The notes under the pieces: generated by a model | The model's database searches: none | What the model saw: the letters and a program-made list of their open reading frames with translations, nothing else | What the model was told of the DNA's origin: nothing | Made by a program: the position numbers and the translations under genes | Assembly: GCA_008632985.1 (NCBI GenBank) | Contig: QPGO01000044.1 | Coordinates: 62,001 to 126,000, forward strand | Direction of reading: 5' to 3' | DNA: 64,000 nt | DNA from: Psammoneis japonica | Lineage: Eukaryota | Shown: positions 12,318 through 24,717 of the stretch, in pieces | Position numbering within the stretch: position 1 is the first letter of the stretch | Layout: each line of letters opens with the position of its first letter

Positions 12318-15300
12318 TCAACTGTCTGATTGTTTGTCCATCCCAATTTCACATGCCACATGCACAAACCACTCTGACTCAGAGGACCAACAAAGCATGG
12401 CAGCATCTGCACTCTTGATCCCTTCTGGGAACTGATCAATCATCTGGTGAATGCAGTTGGTCATGTCAGCCTTCATCTTGCCTTTCTTGTTGGTGAAGTC
12501 TAGGGTCACAGCAAGCCAGCCATGCTCCTTCCCTCATGCTTTTGGGTTCATGTGGGTTGCCAACAGGTCATCCACATGGAAATGCATGGCACGCTTCTTG
12601 CCATTGATGATCTGATTGGCAATGCACAGATTGTGTGGGTTGAACACAAACCAAATCTTTCCCAAGTCTTTGCAAAATTGCTTGTCCCACAGCAGAGCTT
12701 TTGCCAACATGCCATGCACAGCTCTGATGACTCTAACACAGAGAACTCTCTTCCCCTTCTCCATGACCACATGTGGCCCATGCAGGTTGGGAACAATGCT
12801 CACCAACATGTTGACCAATGCTCCTCTGCAATCTTCATCCTTGGGCTCCAGAATCAGAGTCTGCATGAATGCATTTGGTGCATCAGCATTGCAGTCTCTG
12901 CCGCTGGCTTTCCTTCTGATGATGCCATTGGGCTGGCTGACTTGTCCTTGTCTGGCCATTCTCCAATCAATTTCTCATTGTGAACCACTTGTCCTTTCAT
13001 GTGACCATCTCATTTCTCTGTTGGGAATGTGATCAAGATGACCACAGCCTTGGTCCTCTCAGTCACAACAATGTCCTTGACCAATGCTGCTGCTGGTGCA
13101 AAGCACACTTGGTCGTGCAGCTGTTTGGCATCTTTCTCTGAGGCATCATGCCCCTTCTGGTCAAGTGCTTTTAGGCCTTCATGTGGCAAGTGCTGTTGAG
13201 CAAAGGAAATGCCCTTCCCTGATTGGAGTTGGTTGTCAATCTTGCACATGAATTGTGCTGGCACCATTGCTGTTTCTGTGTTGCACCCAATGTCATCGGC
13301 TGGATTGGGGCTCATCTTTGTTTGTAAATGGCAACAGAACTCAAGTTAGTTTTGCTCTTACTCTGCTTTGGCATCTCTGCCACTCCTGCAAATTGAACTT
13401 TCTTTTCTCTGAATTGATGTGATTTGATGTTGAAGGATGCACCAATCTTCAATTTATCTGCTTCCCATCTTCTGTCTTTTGGGATTCATCATCATCTTAT
13501 GACTCTTTGTTGTTGTTGTCTTCTGACTTTTTGTCATCTTCATCTTCTTCATTGCCTTTTTCAGGACTTTCTCATTCTTGTGCTGTTGATTGGGGCTGGA
13601 TCTTTTGTTGGCTGGAGCCTTGTTTGCTTCTTTACACTCACAGTCTGAGTCTGCTTTGTCTCCACAACCTTTGTCTTCTGACTTGGTCATGTTGTTCATT
13701 TCTATTTTGATCTTTGTCTTTGCTTTCATTGCTGCTTTTGCTTTCATTGTTGTCTGCTCCAGTGGTCTAATCAGCATTGTGCAGATTGTCTCCATGTTTG
13801 CCATGAATTTGAGTTCTCTGATGCCTTGCACTGTGGCCATCATCTCAACACAGCTTGTGTGTGCATGTCAGTCAAGGGTGCAGCAATGCATTTGCAAGAT
13901 TCAAAAGCTTGCCCATGTGCAAGCTCATGGTGCAGGGGCCACCCATGGGCAAGAAATCAAAACATGGTTGCAGGTGGGTGATGCTGTCAACACCATGCAC
14001 ATGTCCACATTGTTCATTGGTTCATGCTCAATGTGAGATGGCACAAATTCCCCAAATGTGAACTTGGAGAGTTTGTTGCAATCAAAGCTTCTTCATTGCA
14101 TGACAGTGAATGTGTTGTAAATTCCCTCCTTCTGTGGCACATGTTCAACATGACAGTGTTCTTGGTCACAGCATGCTTGCACATCAACTTGGGTGTCATC
14201 TTGTGTGGCAGGTCATGCACAGTGGCTTGAGTTCACTCCTTGATGTTCAAGAACATGGTCGCTTGCATTTGTGGACATCAGCTCTAGATTCATGCCATCC
14301 ACGACTTCTGCCAACATTGCCTTGAACTCAATGAAATCAATCTTGAATGAAGCTGCATTGTGCTGTTGAAGAATCATGTCCAGTGCACCACAGATGTCAA
14401 CATGCTTCTTGGACTTCAGTCTTACACTTGATTTGTGCTCTGTCACTCTTGTCTGTCATGTGCAGCAGCTTGACACTGCATGGTTCCATGACATCAATGC
14501 AGAGGATCATGCCTTCTCTCTGCTTCTTGTGTGTCTCAGGTGGTGCGACCATGATGTCATTTCTCAAGTAGGAGTGTGTGCATGTTTGGTCTTGCCCTTT
14601 AATGTGTCCATTGTTGGATCCTAAATGGCCTTCATCTCCTGTCCATGTCTTTGGGTGCAATGGACAAGTTGTTCTCACCTGGTTTGAATGCAAAAATGGC
14701 TTAAAATCCCTCATGTTGGGCACTCCAGCCTTGCTGTGTGGTCTGAGTGCTCACTCAGCATTCGACACCTCCCTCTTGGTGTGGGGCCTTTGAAACTCTG
14801 CTCTGCTGTTTCCAGATGCACTCCTGTGCTTTTTGTTGCTTGCTGTTGTTGTTGTTCTTCTTTGACAGCATGCTCACATGTGACTTCTGCTTTCTCTTGG
14901 AAATCTTTCACATGTTTAAAGAACTTCTGGCTTGGTGGCTGCAAAGGTGCAAAGCCTTGTGTTGCTCACTTTGAATGCCACAGCTTGCTTGCCAGTCTTC
15001 TTGTCCTGTGGGCAGAGCTTGTTCACCACTTGGTTGTCACACGCAATGCAGCACTTGCTCTTTACATTTTTTAAACTGAGGATGTTTGCCATTGTCTTCT
15101 GTGATCTTAGCAGCTCATGCCCCCCATCCAGGCACGGTGCAGTTTTTGTCTAAAGTGTCCACTTCTGTGTTTGTGGACAAATCAATCTTGGTCTTTGCTG
15201 GTCACACATTGTGCACCAGTCTCCTGCTTGCTGCCATGCTGAGGGCAGAGCCATTGTCAGGAGGATGATTTCATCCTCTTCAATGCCTGCATTGGCTTGG

Positions 15301-16760
15301 TTCTTGCTCATCTCTGCTTTCTTGCTTGCCAGTTGAAACCTGTGCCATGCATTGCTTCTCCTGTTTCAGCTGGAGCAGGTTGATTGGTTGGATTTGGTGA
15401 TGTCAACACTCATGTTGTCACCATCCACCAACAAATGGTCAACACCTCTTGTCTGTGTGTGACTCTGTCCTCAAATGTCCAACTTTTTTGCTTCTGGTGT
15501 TCTTGAGCCAGTTGTCAAATGCAATGTCAACTCAATGCTTGCAGTCTGGGGGGCTTGTGATTTGGTTCACTGCAACAGCAACACACTGTGGCATTGCTCT
15601 GGGGTTGCTCTTCTGGGCATGGCTCTTGTCTCTTGGGTCATCAGACTTTCCATTTGTTCTCGTTGTTGCACTCTTCTTGTTGTTTGTGCACACTCATTGT
15701 TCCTGTCATTGTGTCATTCATGAGGATTGCTGTTTTTCAGATGGTTCAGCACTGCATCCATTGCTTTGTCTGGGGTCTTTGGATGGGTGGTGTCTTTGTC
15801 CAGGCTGCAGTCTCTCATGAAGTTTTTCTTTGGGCTCTTGCAGTGACAATCATTGCTGTTCTCCATGAACAGCAAGAAAGTTGCTTGTTTCTCAAATGTT
15901 GTCTCCTGCAGCATGTCTTGGGCTGTCACAGTGCCTTCCTTGCACTCCTTGGTGTTGGAAATGAGCTCATCTGGCATTCTGTTTCCCAGTTGCTTGCAGC
16001 TTCTTGCTGATTCTTGAATCTTGACAGGTGATCATTCCAGTGACTTGTTCTTCTCTTGCCTCACATCCAGTGTGTTCTTCAAGGACTTGGCAAGTGCAAT
16101 TGTCTTGTTGTCTTTGAGAGCTGCTTTGTCTTGTGACAGTGTTTGTGTGATGCCACTTTGTGCTGACACTCCATTTCTTTGTCTTCTTGCTGCTTCTCTG
16201 ACAGCTTGACTTGGTGTGTTGTGGGGTCCGAAGTTGCTGCCAATGTCCAGACATGTTCAAGTCAGGTCTCCAGGAAGTGAAATCCTTGCATTTCATGTCT
16301 TTTGAAGATCTTGCCAAGTGCATGCCTCATGCACACTCTTTCTGCATGTGATGGATGATCTTTTCTTTGATGCCTTCATGCGTTGCATGGTGAGAGTTGC
16401 CATTCAGTGGCTCAGGCTGGAACTTCACCTCAGGCTGAAAGCTCTTCTCAGGGTCAGTCTTTTTCTTGAAACAAGAGGACTTGTGACTCTTGTCACCTCT
16501 GGCTGCTGTGACCACAACCTTGGCCTTGGTCTTCGCCACTTGCCCCACCTCCTCCTCTGCCACTCATTTTGTGGGGTTCTGGTGCTGGCCCACTGCACAA
16601 GGGTCAGTGTCTGCAAGCACTGAGTGCAGTGCCAGCAACTCTTTGGACAGCGAATGTTGAACTGGCAAGTCAATGTCACCAAAAAGAAATCCTGCCAGGC
16701 TTCCTGTGCTGCTTGATGCACTTAAATTGCACAAACCAAATGACACTCTCCAAAGAGTGA
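12318..16760 (-). mobile_element. Decayed Ty1/copia LTR retrotransposon (gag, integrase, RT; 3' end truncated)
   Basis: RT remnants ADAPNAFMQT, RAVHGMLAKALLWDKQF, FNPHNLCIANQIINGK..FHVDDLLATH and MTLDFT..GKMKADMT. Integrase-like segments at ~14000-14550 and gag-like segments at ~15700-16560. Copia domain order; many stops and frameshifts. Confidence 0.9.
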
Positions 16761-16768
16761 GATGAAGT

Positions 16769-17058
16769 TGAAAGGTGAGAGGCTGGTGTCAACAAAATCT
16801 TGCTCACAAAGAGTTGTCAAATGAGCCATGGCAGGAGCCATGACATTTCTTTTCTTCAACACACCCAGGTTCTTTGTGCTTTAGCCATGACATGGACATT
16901 CCAACAAGAGGCAGGGGTGGCAGAGGACAAGAACCCCCTCTGGGCAAGAACAGGCCAGAAAGAGAGAACTCTGAACACAATGAGCACCAAATTGCACTTG
17001 GAGAACTGGAACTTGTCAAACAAGAACAGGAGAAAAATGCCAGCTGGAGGATGCTACA
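16769..17058 (-). repeat. Possible 5' LTR of the copia element
   Basis: On the minus strand it starts TGTAG at 17058, abutting the Ngaro tail repeat, and ends ...tttCA upstream of gag. No second LTR is available to confirm it. Confidence 0.3.
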
Positions 17059-17059
17059 A

Positions 17060-17920
17060 GATGCACTGTGGCTCTCTGGCAAAAACCAGAGGGGAGCTGG
17101 TGGCTCTGTTGTTGGACTGGAATGGCTTTGCCAGTGGATGCACAAGCCTCATTCCCAAAACCCAAGCTGGAATGACAGGGCCAGAGGGTGGGAGAGGTGG
17201 GAGCATTAAAAACTGTCTGTCTGCTTGTTGCTGTTGCTCTTGGTTGCTCTTTGAAAAAATGAGAAAGAGCACAAGGTGAAGAGCAAAAATGGCCATTGCT
17301 TCAATCTTGTGCAAGCACGTTCAAATTTTTCAAGGGCAGAAAAAAAGTGACCCAACGGTCAGCGTGGGTCATTTTGCCTTGTCAAATGTCACAAGGAGGG
17401 TGGCTGATGCTGCCCTTCTTGTTTGTTCTCCTGCGGCTCTCTAGCAATGACCATGGGGGAGCTGGTGGCTCTGTTGTTGGACCGACTAGAATGGCTTCAC
17501 TGGTGGATGTGCAAGCCTCATTCCCAAAACCCAAGCTGGAGCAGCAGGGTCAGAGGGCGGGAGAGGTGGGAGTGTCAAAAGTTGTCTGCTTGCAGCTGTT
17601 GCTCTTGGTTGCTCTTTGGAAGAATGAGAAAGAGCATGAGGTGAAGAGCAAATGGCCATTGCTTTAATCTTGCACAAGCACATTCAAATTTTTCAATGGC
17701 TGAAAAAAGTGACCCAACGGTCAGTGTGGGTCATTTTGCCTCATCAAATGTGGGTCATTTTGCCTCATCAAATGGCTGTCACTGCCCTTCTTGTTTGTTC
17801 TTTGCAGCTCTCTGGCAAAAACCAGAGGGGAGCTGGTGGTTCCATTGTTGGACTGGAATGGCTTTGCCAGCGGATGCACAAGCCTCACCTCCCAAAACCC
17901 AAGCTGGAATGGCAGGGTCT
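17060..17920. repeat. ~365-bp unit repeated about 2.4 times at the 3' end of the Ngaro-like element
   Basis: The block ggggagctggtgg...cccaaaacccaagctgga appears three times. The block aaaaaagtgacccaacggtcag appears twice here and again at ~24378-24400. Confidence 0.85.
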
Positions 17921-20900
17921 TCCAGCACCACCCACAGTGTGATGCACTTTTTTGAGGCATGCACCATTGGGAGGGTGGGTGGGGAAGGCTGGCTGTGGCA
18001 ATCCAGCCCTGTGAATCTTTTGGATTCATGAGGATGTCAGCATTTGGGTGCAGGGCAAAATTGCCACCAGTGAGCATGTTGTGAGCAAAGTTGCACATGA
18101 CAGGTTCTGCCCACAAGTGCAGGTGGCGTGCAACATTTCATCAGATTGCCAATGGCCCAAGAGCTGAGTGAAGTCTGCATTGACATTGGCACAGAGGAGT
18201 GCCATGGCACCAGCTGTGTGAAGGCACACCAAGCAGTGACATCTCAGGTGTTAAAGCCAAGATTTGCCAGATTGCAAGCAACAACAGCAGCGCACAAAGC
18301 ACACGTGACATGTCAGAAGGGGACACACAATGCCAGGCATCATTTTGAAAATAGATGCCAAGGGGTGTGTTGGGGAGTGTGCCATGAGATTGGAGATGTT
18401 AGACGCAGTGGACAAGTGCCTGGGTTGGGCACAAATTGGGGTGTCCCGAGTGGCCGAGTCCCAAAACTTTCCCGCGAATGCCATTCTTCTGCATGGTGAA
18501 AGTGAGAGTGGCAAATGTGGCAGCATCAAGCTGAGCATTGGTGGCTTGGAGAAGGTTTGAACAAATGCCACCTCTGGATGCCAGGCAGACATCAGCAAGA
18601 TGGACTGGTGTGGCATCGGATGGCGTGGTGGTGCTGGGATGCAGCAAACAAAAGAGTGTGATGGCAATCATGTCGGCAACAGCCTTTGCACCAGGGTCAA
18701 AACTGTTGGAGGCGGTGTGCATGACCCAGGTGAGGATGGCCACCGGGACCAGTTTTACATGGTTGGGCCTCTTTCTTGTAGAAACAGATTTGCCGGGTGA
18801 GGCAGAAATCCACGCCGCTTTGGGGTGTGCAGAGTGGGTCTGGGGACCCCATTGCAGCAAACATTTGGTCAACTGACCATTCAGCATGTTCAGCAGCATG
18901 TCCATGGATGGGATTTCTACATGGGGCAATGGCTCCTGTGCAGCATCAGTGGAGGAAGACTTGCAGAAAGACAACAGAGTCATCAATGTCTTGGAGTGGT
19001 GGGTCGAGGACCACAGTGGTGCAGAACTCACACACTTGTCCCAATGGGCATTGGCAGAGGATGCTCTTGAATTGGCAATGCCATGTGCCACAGCATGTTG
19101 CGCAGCATTGTTGAGATCACGAATGAACTCAATTCTGGTGGTGGTGTCCAAAGGTGCCAGGAGAGTGTCTGCGGGTGACAAAGGTTAAAATGGTGCAGAA
19201 ATTCATGGTTGGCCAGGGATTGCAGGTGTGAGGCATCATCATCAGCAGAGTTAAGGTGTCCTGGCCAGTGATCATGGAGACCAAGGTGCCGGTGGCAGCT
19301 TTGGTGGAATGCTTGGTGTTCTCAACAGCTCGGATGCTGGCTTGATGGTTGCAGCAGATCCTTTTTGTTGCCAGCACATCATGCCCAAGTTGTCAGTGCA
19401 GGAGAGGTTGGTGCACTCTCAAATGTCACAACAATCCGCCGCAGCATGTGATTGGATGACACTGCCTGCCAGTTTGAGGTCTGTGCCAGTGATTGGGCCC
19501 CAAGGGTTCTTGCATGTGGCAAGGTGGGACATGACACTTTTGGGAAAGGGGAGGCACCACACAATGGGGCCAGTGTCACATTGAGCACAGGTGCATCCAT
19601 TGCCAAAGCAAAGTGTGGTGGCACACAGGATGGTTGTGTTGGTTGGGAAGAGCATGCCCCCTGCTCCATGCTCTGCTGTGTCATGACAGCTGGTGACATT
19701 TGGTGTCAGCAGCACCAGCTCTGGGATGCAAGCTGGGCATGATTCAAGGATGGCCTTGAGCTTGCAAAAATTGTCTGGTGCCAAGTGGGCATTGGGCGTG
19801 AGGCAGACTTGTGAGTCTGGTGCAGTGTGGAGGAGGTTTTGCTGAAGTTCCAAGTGCAAATTGCATGAGCCCAGCACTCTGATGCTGAGGGAGCTTCTGG
19901 CAGTCAGTGATGGTGGCACGCTTTTTTGGTGCAAGGAAAAAGTCCTTGTGCAGCACAGTGCAAAGTTGTTCATGCTGACATGGTGGAAGGTGGAGGGTCA
20001 TGGACTGCATGTCAACAATGATCCAGCCCACAAGACTTCCTTCTGTGCTGACCAAGTGGCATCACCCTTGCAGAGCTTTTTGACAGATGCAGGCTCCTTG
20101 TGGGTGGCAGGGGTGGCAGAATCAAGTGGTCAAAAGATGTTGTCCAAAGCATGCAGGACGACCTGGTGGACATTGAGGCATGCGTGGCAGGATCCTTGAG
20201 AGGTGCCGATAAAATCATTGACACACACTTCAATGCAATGCAGACAATGATGGCGGTGGTGGTTTCAGTGGGGGTCTGGTTGCTCAGGGACAGGCACTGT
20301 GTGTGCATTGGAATTTGTTGGTGGTGGTTGGTGCTTGGGTGGTCGACCAGTCAGGTGACATTCCAAAGGGTGGGGAGGCATCTGCACTTTGTGCACAAGG
20401 TCCAAGTTGGCCATGTCAGCTGCCATCTTGGCAGCAGTGCCAAACAATGGTGGTAAGTTGGCCATTGGGAAATGGGTGGGAAAGGGCATGTGTGATCCAC
20501 AACAGGGTGTGGCCAGCAACCATGCTGTGGGACCACTCCAATGGGGCTGGGGTGCAGTCCTGGTGTGTTGCACACTTCTTCACAAGGAACAACCATCCAG
20601 AAACCCTTTTCCACCCTGCCGGCCATGTCTTCACACAAAAACTTGATGTGTTCACAGGCGGAGTTATGAGGTCCTCTGTCAACACTGGCATCTGGCTCAG
20701 CATGTGTCCATGGGGCATCAGTGATGGTGACTGGGGTTCCCTGATGCTTGAAGGCTGTCAGCAGTTGGTGAGCTGGGTGCCATTGGCTGTGGTTCAGCGG
20801 TCCCCAATCTCCTCTGCCACTGCAAGAACACATCAAGCAGCTGAGTCCTTCATGATGCAATGATGCATTGTCAGTTTTAATGTGCACACCCAATTCATCA

Positions 20901-23309
20901 TTGCAAATTGCAGCAGCCACATCCTGTCCATGTGTGGTGAGGCAGGTGTGCTGCCTTTTGAAACTCTCCACAAGTGGGGGTTGTGGATGTGCTGGTTGTT
21001 TGGCTGACACATGCAACAGCTCTTGCTGGCAACAAGTCCCCACATTCACACCATTGCCGAAGACCCATTCAGTCTCCCAGTGTTTCTCACCCCAGGCAAG
21101 GAATTGCTGCTGCTTTTTGTCATTGTGGTCATCATGGTGATCACAGCTGGAGCCACAGTTGGAGTTGCACTGCCCTTTGATGTGGCAAGGGTTGCAGCAG
21201 ATGTGTCTTTGGTTGTCTTTGGGCAGCTTGATCTTGTCCCAGGCACAATGCATTTTTACCTCACATGAGTGCACATTGGGGTGATTGTGCAGCATTGTGA
21301 AGCACAAGTCACAAGATGGGTTCTGAACAATGCTGTTGGTGCTGTGCAAGCAGAGTCCACAGGGCTGAGACTTGTGTGCTTGCCATGTCCAACTTGATGG
21401 CTTCCAATGTCATGCCAGCTGTGCTGGTGGGAAGCATGGTGGGTGGCAAGCTGAGGCACCAAAGCATTGTCCCCTCAGCTGCCTTGTGAATGATGCTGTG
21501 CCCCGTGAACAGGATCTCCTGGTGCACTGTTGCTTGAGACAGGAACCAATGACATGGCTCAACCTGTGCACATTGCTGGAAGTTGACAGGCAGGGTCAGA
21601 TGAAGTGTGTGCTGGTGCACCAGCTTGTCAGCACACCTGTCCATGTTTGTACACTGCAGAGTGAGCCACCACTGCACAATGTGGTGGTTTTCACCTGGGG
21701 TGGCAGAGCAGACAAGGCGGCATCAGTCATGTGATTGCATGGCTGCCTGCGCAGTTGTTGCCACCAGTGCCTTGTCCGGTGCCTTGAGCAGCTGCGCATC
21801 TTGTGGCAATGGCACTCCTGCTCCTCCATGGATCTGCGCATGCATTGCATTGTGGCAGGCAATTTGCTCAGTTGTGTGTGGGGTGGTGAGTCTGAACAAG
21901 AAAGGGTTGAAAGTTGCGCCAACTTGGTGATGAGGCTCACCATTGCTGGCAGGTTGAAATGCACCTGAAGGGCTTGACGCTGCTGGTTGATGGCATTCTG
22001 GACCATGGCCAGATGTCCTGTCTTTGGCGCGGGTGCCAATGCAGCCCACAGTGGAGACAGTGCAGCCTCATTGCATGTCTGGCACCAATGCAGGATCTTT
22101 GTAACCCCAAAGACTCCCCAGAACTCTGCTGGCATCTTGCCTCATGTGGCAGCCATGTGCCTTGCTCCTCATCCAACCGCTGCTGTCGCTGCTCTGTGGC
22201 AAGTTCCTTGATGGTGGCAATTGCAGGCTGGAACTGCTGTGGTTGGATCTGTGTCCTTCCCCTGTGGCCCTGCAGGTCTTGTTCTACCTTGCAATCAAAG
22301 AAACAGATTGGTGCATCATTGGGAGGGTGCATCATGGTTGGCCAAGGCTGCACTGCTGCTGACTGGAGCTGTGCATTCTGCATGGTGCAACACACAACCC
22401 ACAGGTGATCTACAAGTGGCTCCAGTGCCACAAGCTTGTTGGCAGCTGTGGCTGCTCAATGGTTCCTTACATGCATGTCCTTTGGGCCAAGGGGCACAGG
22501 CAGGAGCAGACAGATGAACCCAAAAGGCACAAACATTGCACCGCATCTCATCACCTCTTCAGAGTCCTGTGCATCAGCTTGCACGTGTGGGTGGAGGCCA
22601 TTCGGCACAGCCACAACATGTGCTTGAAGCATGTTGTTGTGTGTCAGAACCCAAGTCCCTTGACCAGTCAGAACAAACAAATTGTCCCCAAACTCCATGA
22701 GTGTGAACTGGCCATGTGTCAGATTGCCTGCAACAGCATGTGTGCCATCGTCCCATGGTTGTGCTGTCATCTCATGGTTGAGCCGGTCCCACCACAGCAG
22801 CCGGGCAAGTTGAGACATGATGCAACACCTGCGTTTGCCCTTCATTGGTGGTGCCATTGGTGTGCCATCGGGAGGTTGTCACTCGAAGCCAATGTGACCC
22901 TGCCTTGTGGCACACCTGGGTCACACCGTGATGCTCCTTGCGCAGGCACAGCAAAATCCAGCACAGCTTCAGTGCAGTCACCATGGTGTGGGTCTTGTTT
23001 GGTGTCTGACAAAAAATGGTCTTGGCAGTTTCACATTGCTGGTGGCACCACTGGGATGCCTCCCCTGGCGGTGGTGGTGGTGCGCGGTTGGGCTGGTCCT
23101 GTGAGGTGGCAGCGGCGCATTTCCCGCAGCTGCAGCTGGTTGTTGTGCTGGTGCTCGGCTCTGCCTGTGGTTGTGGCACCGCTGCATTTACGTTGGGGGC
23201 ATTCTGCCCCCCTTGTGCCCCTGGCACGGCTCTTTCATGTGGTGTGGCTCCTCCTGCGAACAAACAAGAGCGGAGGATGCTGTTGCTCTTGGTTGCTGTT
23301 GGTTGGGGA

Positions 23310-24325
23310 AACTACCTGGCAGCACGTGCACGTGAGAAGTTCACGTGCAATGTCACCCAGTGGCGCGGGGGGAGGGACAGACGTGGGGCAATGGTGGAAC
23401 GGAGTCATGTGGGTGGGAAAAGGGATGGATTTCGAGTTGGGGTTTGATGTTTGTGATTGTAGTTTGGTGGAGCAGCAGGTTAGTTGGTCAGCGAGCGATT
23501 TGGCATTCGCGAGGCTCAGGCTCTGTAGACCCCATTGTGATGGTGTTGAGGAGTGGTGGGTTGGGCCAAAGCATTCGGCAGAGATGGTTTGCCAAGTGGC
23601 GGTGGCAGTGGGGAGGATGGCAGATGGGGATTGTTGGGCGCAGGCGCACGCGGCGTGGGCAGCTGGGTGTTGAAAACAAGTTTCAGTGTTCCAAGGTGGG
23701 GCGGGTGGAGCAGGGATGGGGAGGTTTTGGTTGGTGCCAAAAAGAAGGCGGTGGGCGAAGTAGCCTGGAGCTCCTGGGTGGTCCATGGCAAAGGGAATGA
23801 GGTGGATGCCGGCGTTGTTAAGGGTGGATGTAAGGGTTGCTTCATGTTGGGTCTCGTGGGTTCCGTTGAACTTCCGTTTTGTGCTCACATGGTGTGCCTC
23901 GGAATGAGGGTTAAGGGTGGGGGCAGGCAAGCCAGGAGCAGGCAATGGGGGAGGTTTAGGGACAGTGACGTCAATGGCGAGGTGTTGGTGGCCAAGAGGG
24001 GAGGCAGTGGAGGCGGCTGGGGTGAGTTGGATGCCTGCGTCAGCAGGGTGTTTGAGGGGCGAATGAGGCATCAGATTGGCTGGTTTGTGGTGCGCGGCGG
24101 AAGAGTTGGCACAGATGCCGGAGAGTGGGGCAAGTGTTTGGAAAGCAGCGCAGAGGCCGTCGCGGATGGCGTTGGACATGGTTGTTTTGTGTTCGAGGGA
24201 TCGACAACAGAAGGCATGGTCACAGCATGGGTCAATGGTGCCAGAGCAAGAGGGGCAAGAGGTGGACTCGAGTTGGTGGGGCGAGATGGGGAGCCGCAGT
24301 TTGTGTTGCAGCATCAGGCAGAACT
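23310..24325 (-). mobile_element. 3' fragment of an RLE-type (CRE-like) non-LTR retrotransposon within the Ngaro 5' repeat
   Basis: LQHKLRLPI, CPSCSGTIDPCCDHAFCC..SNAIRDGL (zinc knuckle), HPADAGI, LAIDVTV, KRKF, LIPFAMDHPG: the pattern of a PD-(D/E)xK restriction-like endonuclease C-terminus. Confidence 0.7.
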
Positions 24326-24717
24326 GGGCCGTTGCTTTAATCTTGCGCGCAAGCGCGTTCAAATTTTCCAACGGCTGAAAAAAGTGACCCAACGGTCAGC
24401 GCGGGTCATTTCGCCTCGTCCATGTCACGAGGTGGGTGTCACAGCGCACCCAGTCGACAGGTGACGCGTTCATGTGGCTTCCACGTGTCAACGCGTGACA
24501 TCGTCGAAAACCGGGCGGTGAACGGCCGACTCGCATACATCCAGAAATTCAGAAAACAGATAAAAGATTCATTCAAAAAAGATCTTCTTTACAGTAGTAG
24601 GGCTATCGGTTCGCAATTACCAGCATAGCAGATAGCAGCAGCACCAACAACAAAAAACTGTTTGTGTGTTGACCCAGTCATCATCCTTGTTTATCATACG
24701 GTATTGTTATTCACACC

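Larger units (their letters stand above)
17060..24460 (-). mobile_element. Decayed Ngaro/DIRS-type tyrosine-recombinase retrotransposon
   Basis: gag-like ~21040-23260 ending CHIKGQCNSNCGSSCDH. RT ~19950-20900 (RGPHNSACEH..KGFWMVVP..SPIGVVPQ). RNase H ~19200-19750 (HDTAEHGAGG, ITGTDLKLAG). YR ~18080-19180 (TFTMQKNGIRG..CPT; LLGHWQSDEML). Split direct terminal repeats. Confidence 0.9.

Noticed and set aside
10300..24300. Alternative genetic code or classical fungal RIP as the cause of the odd composition
   Set aside because: Neighbouring genes use the standard code with normal stops, and RIP enriches TpA whereas here TpA is depleted.
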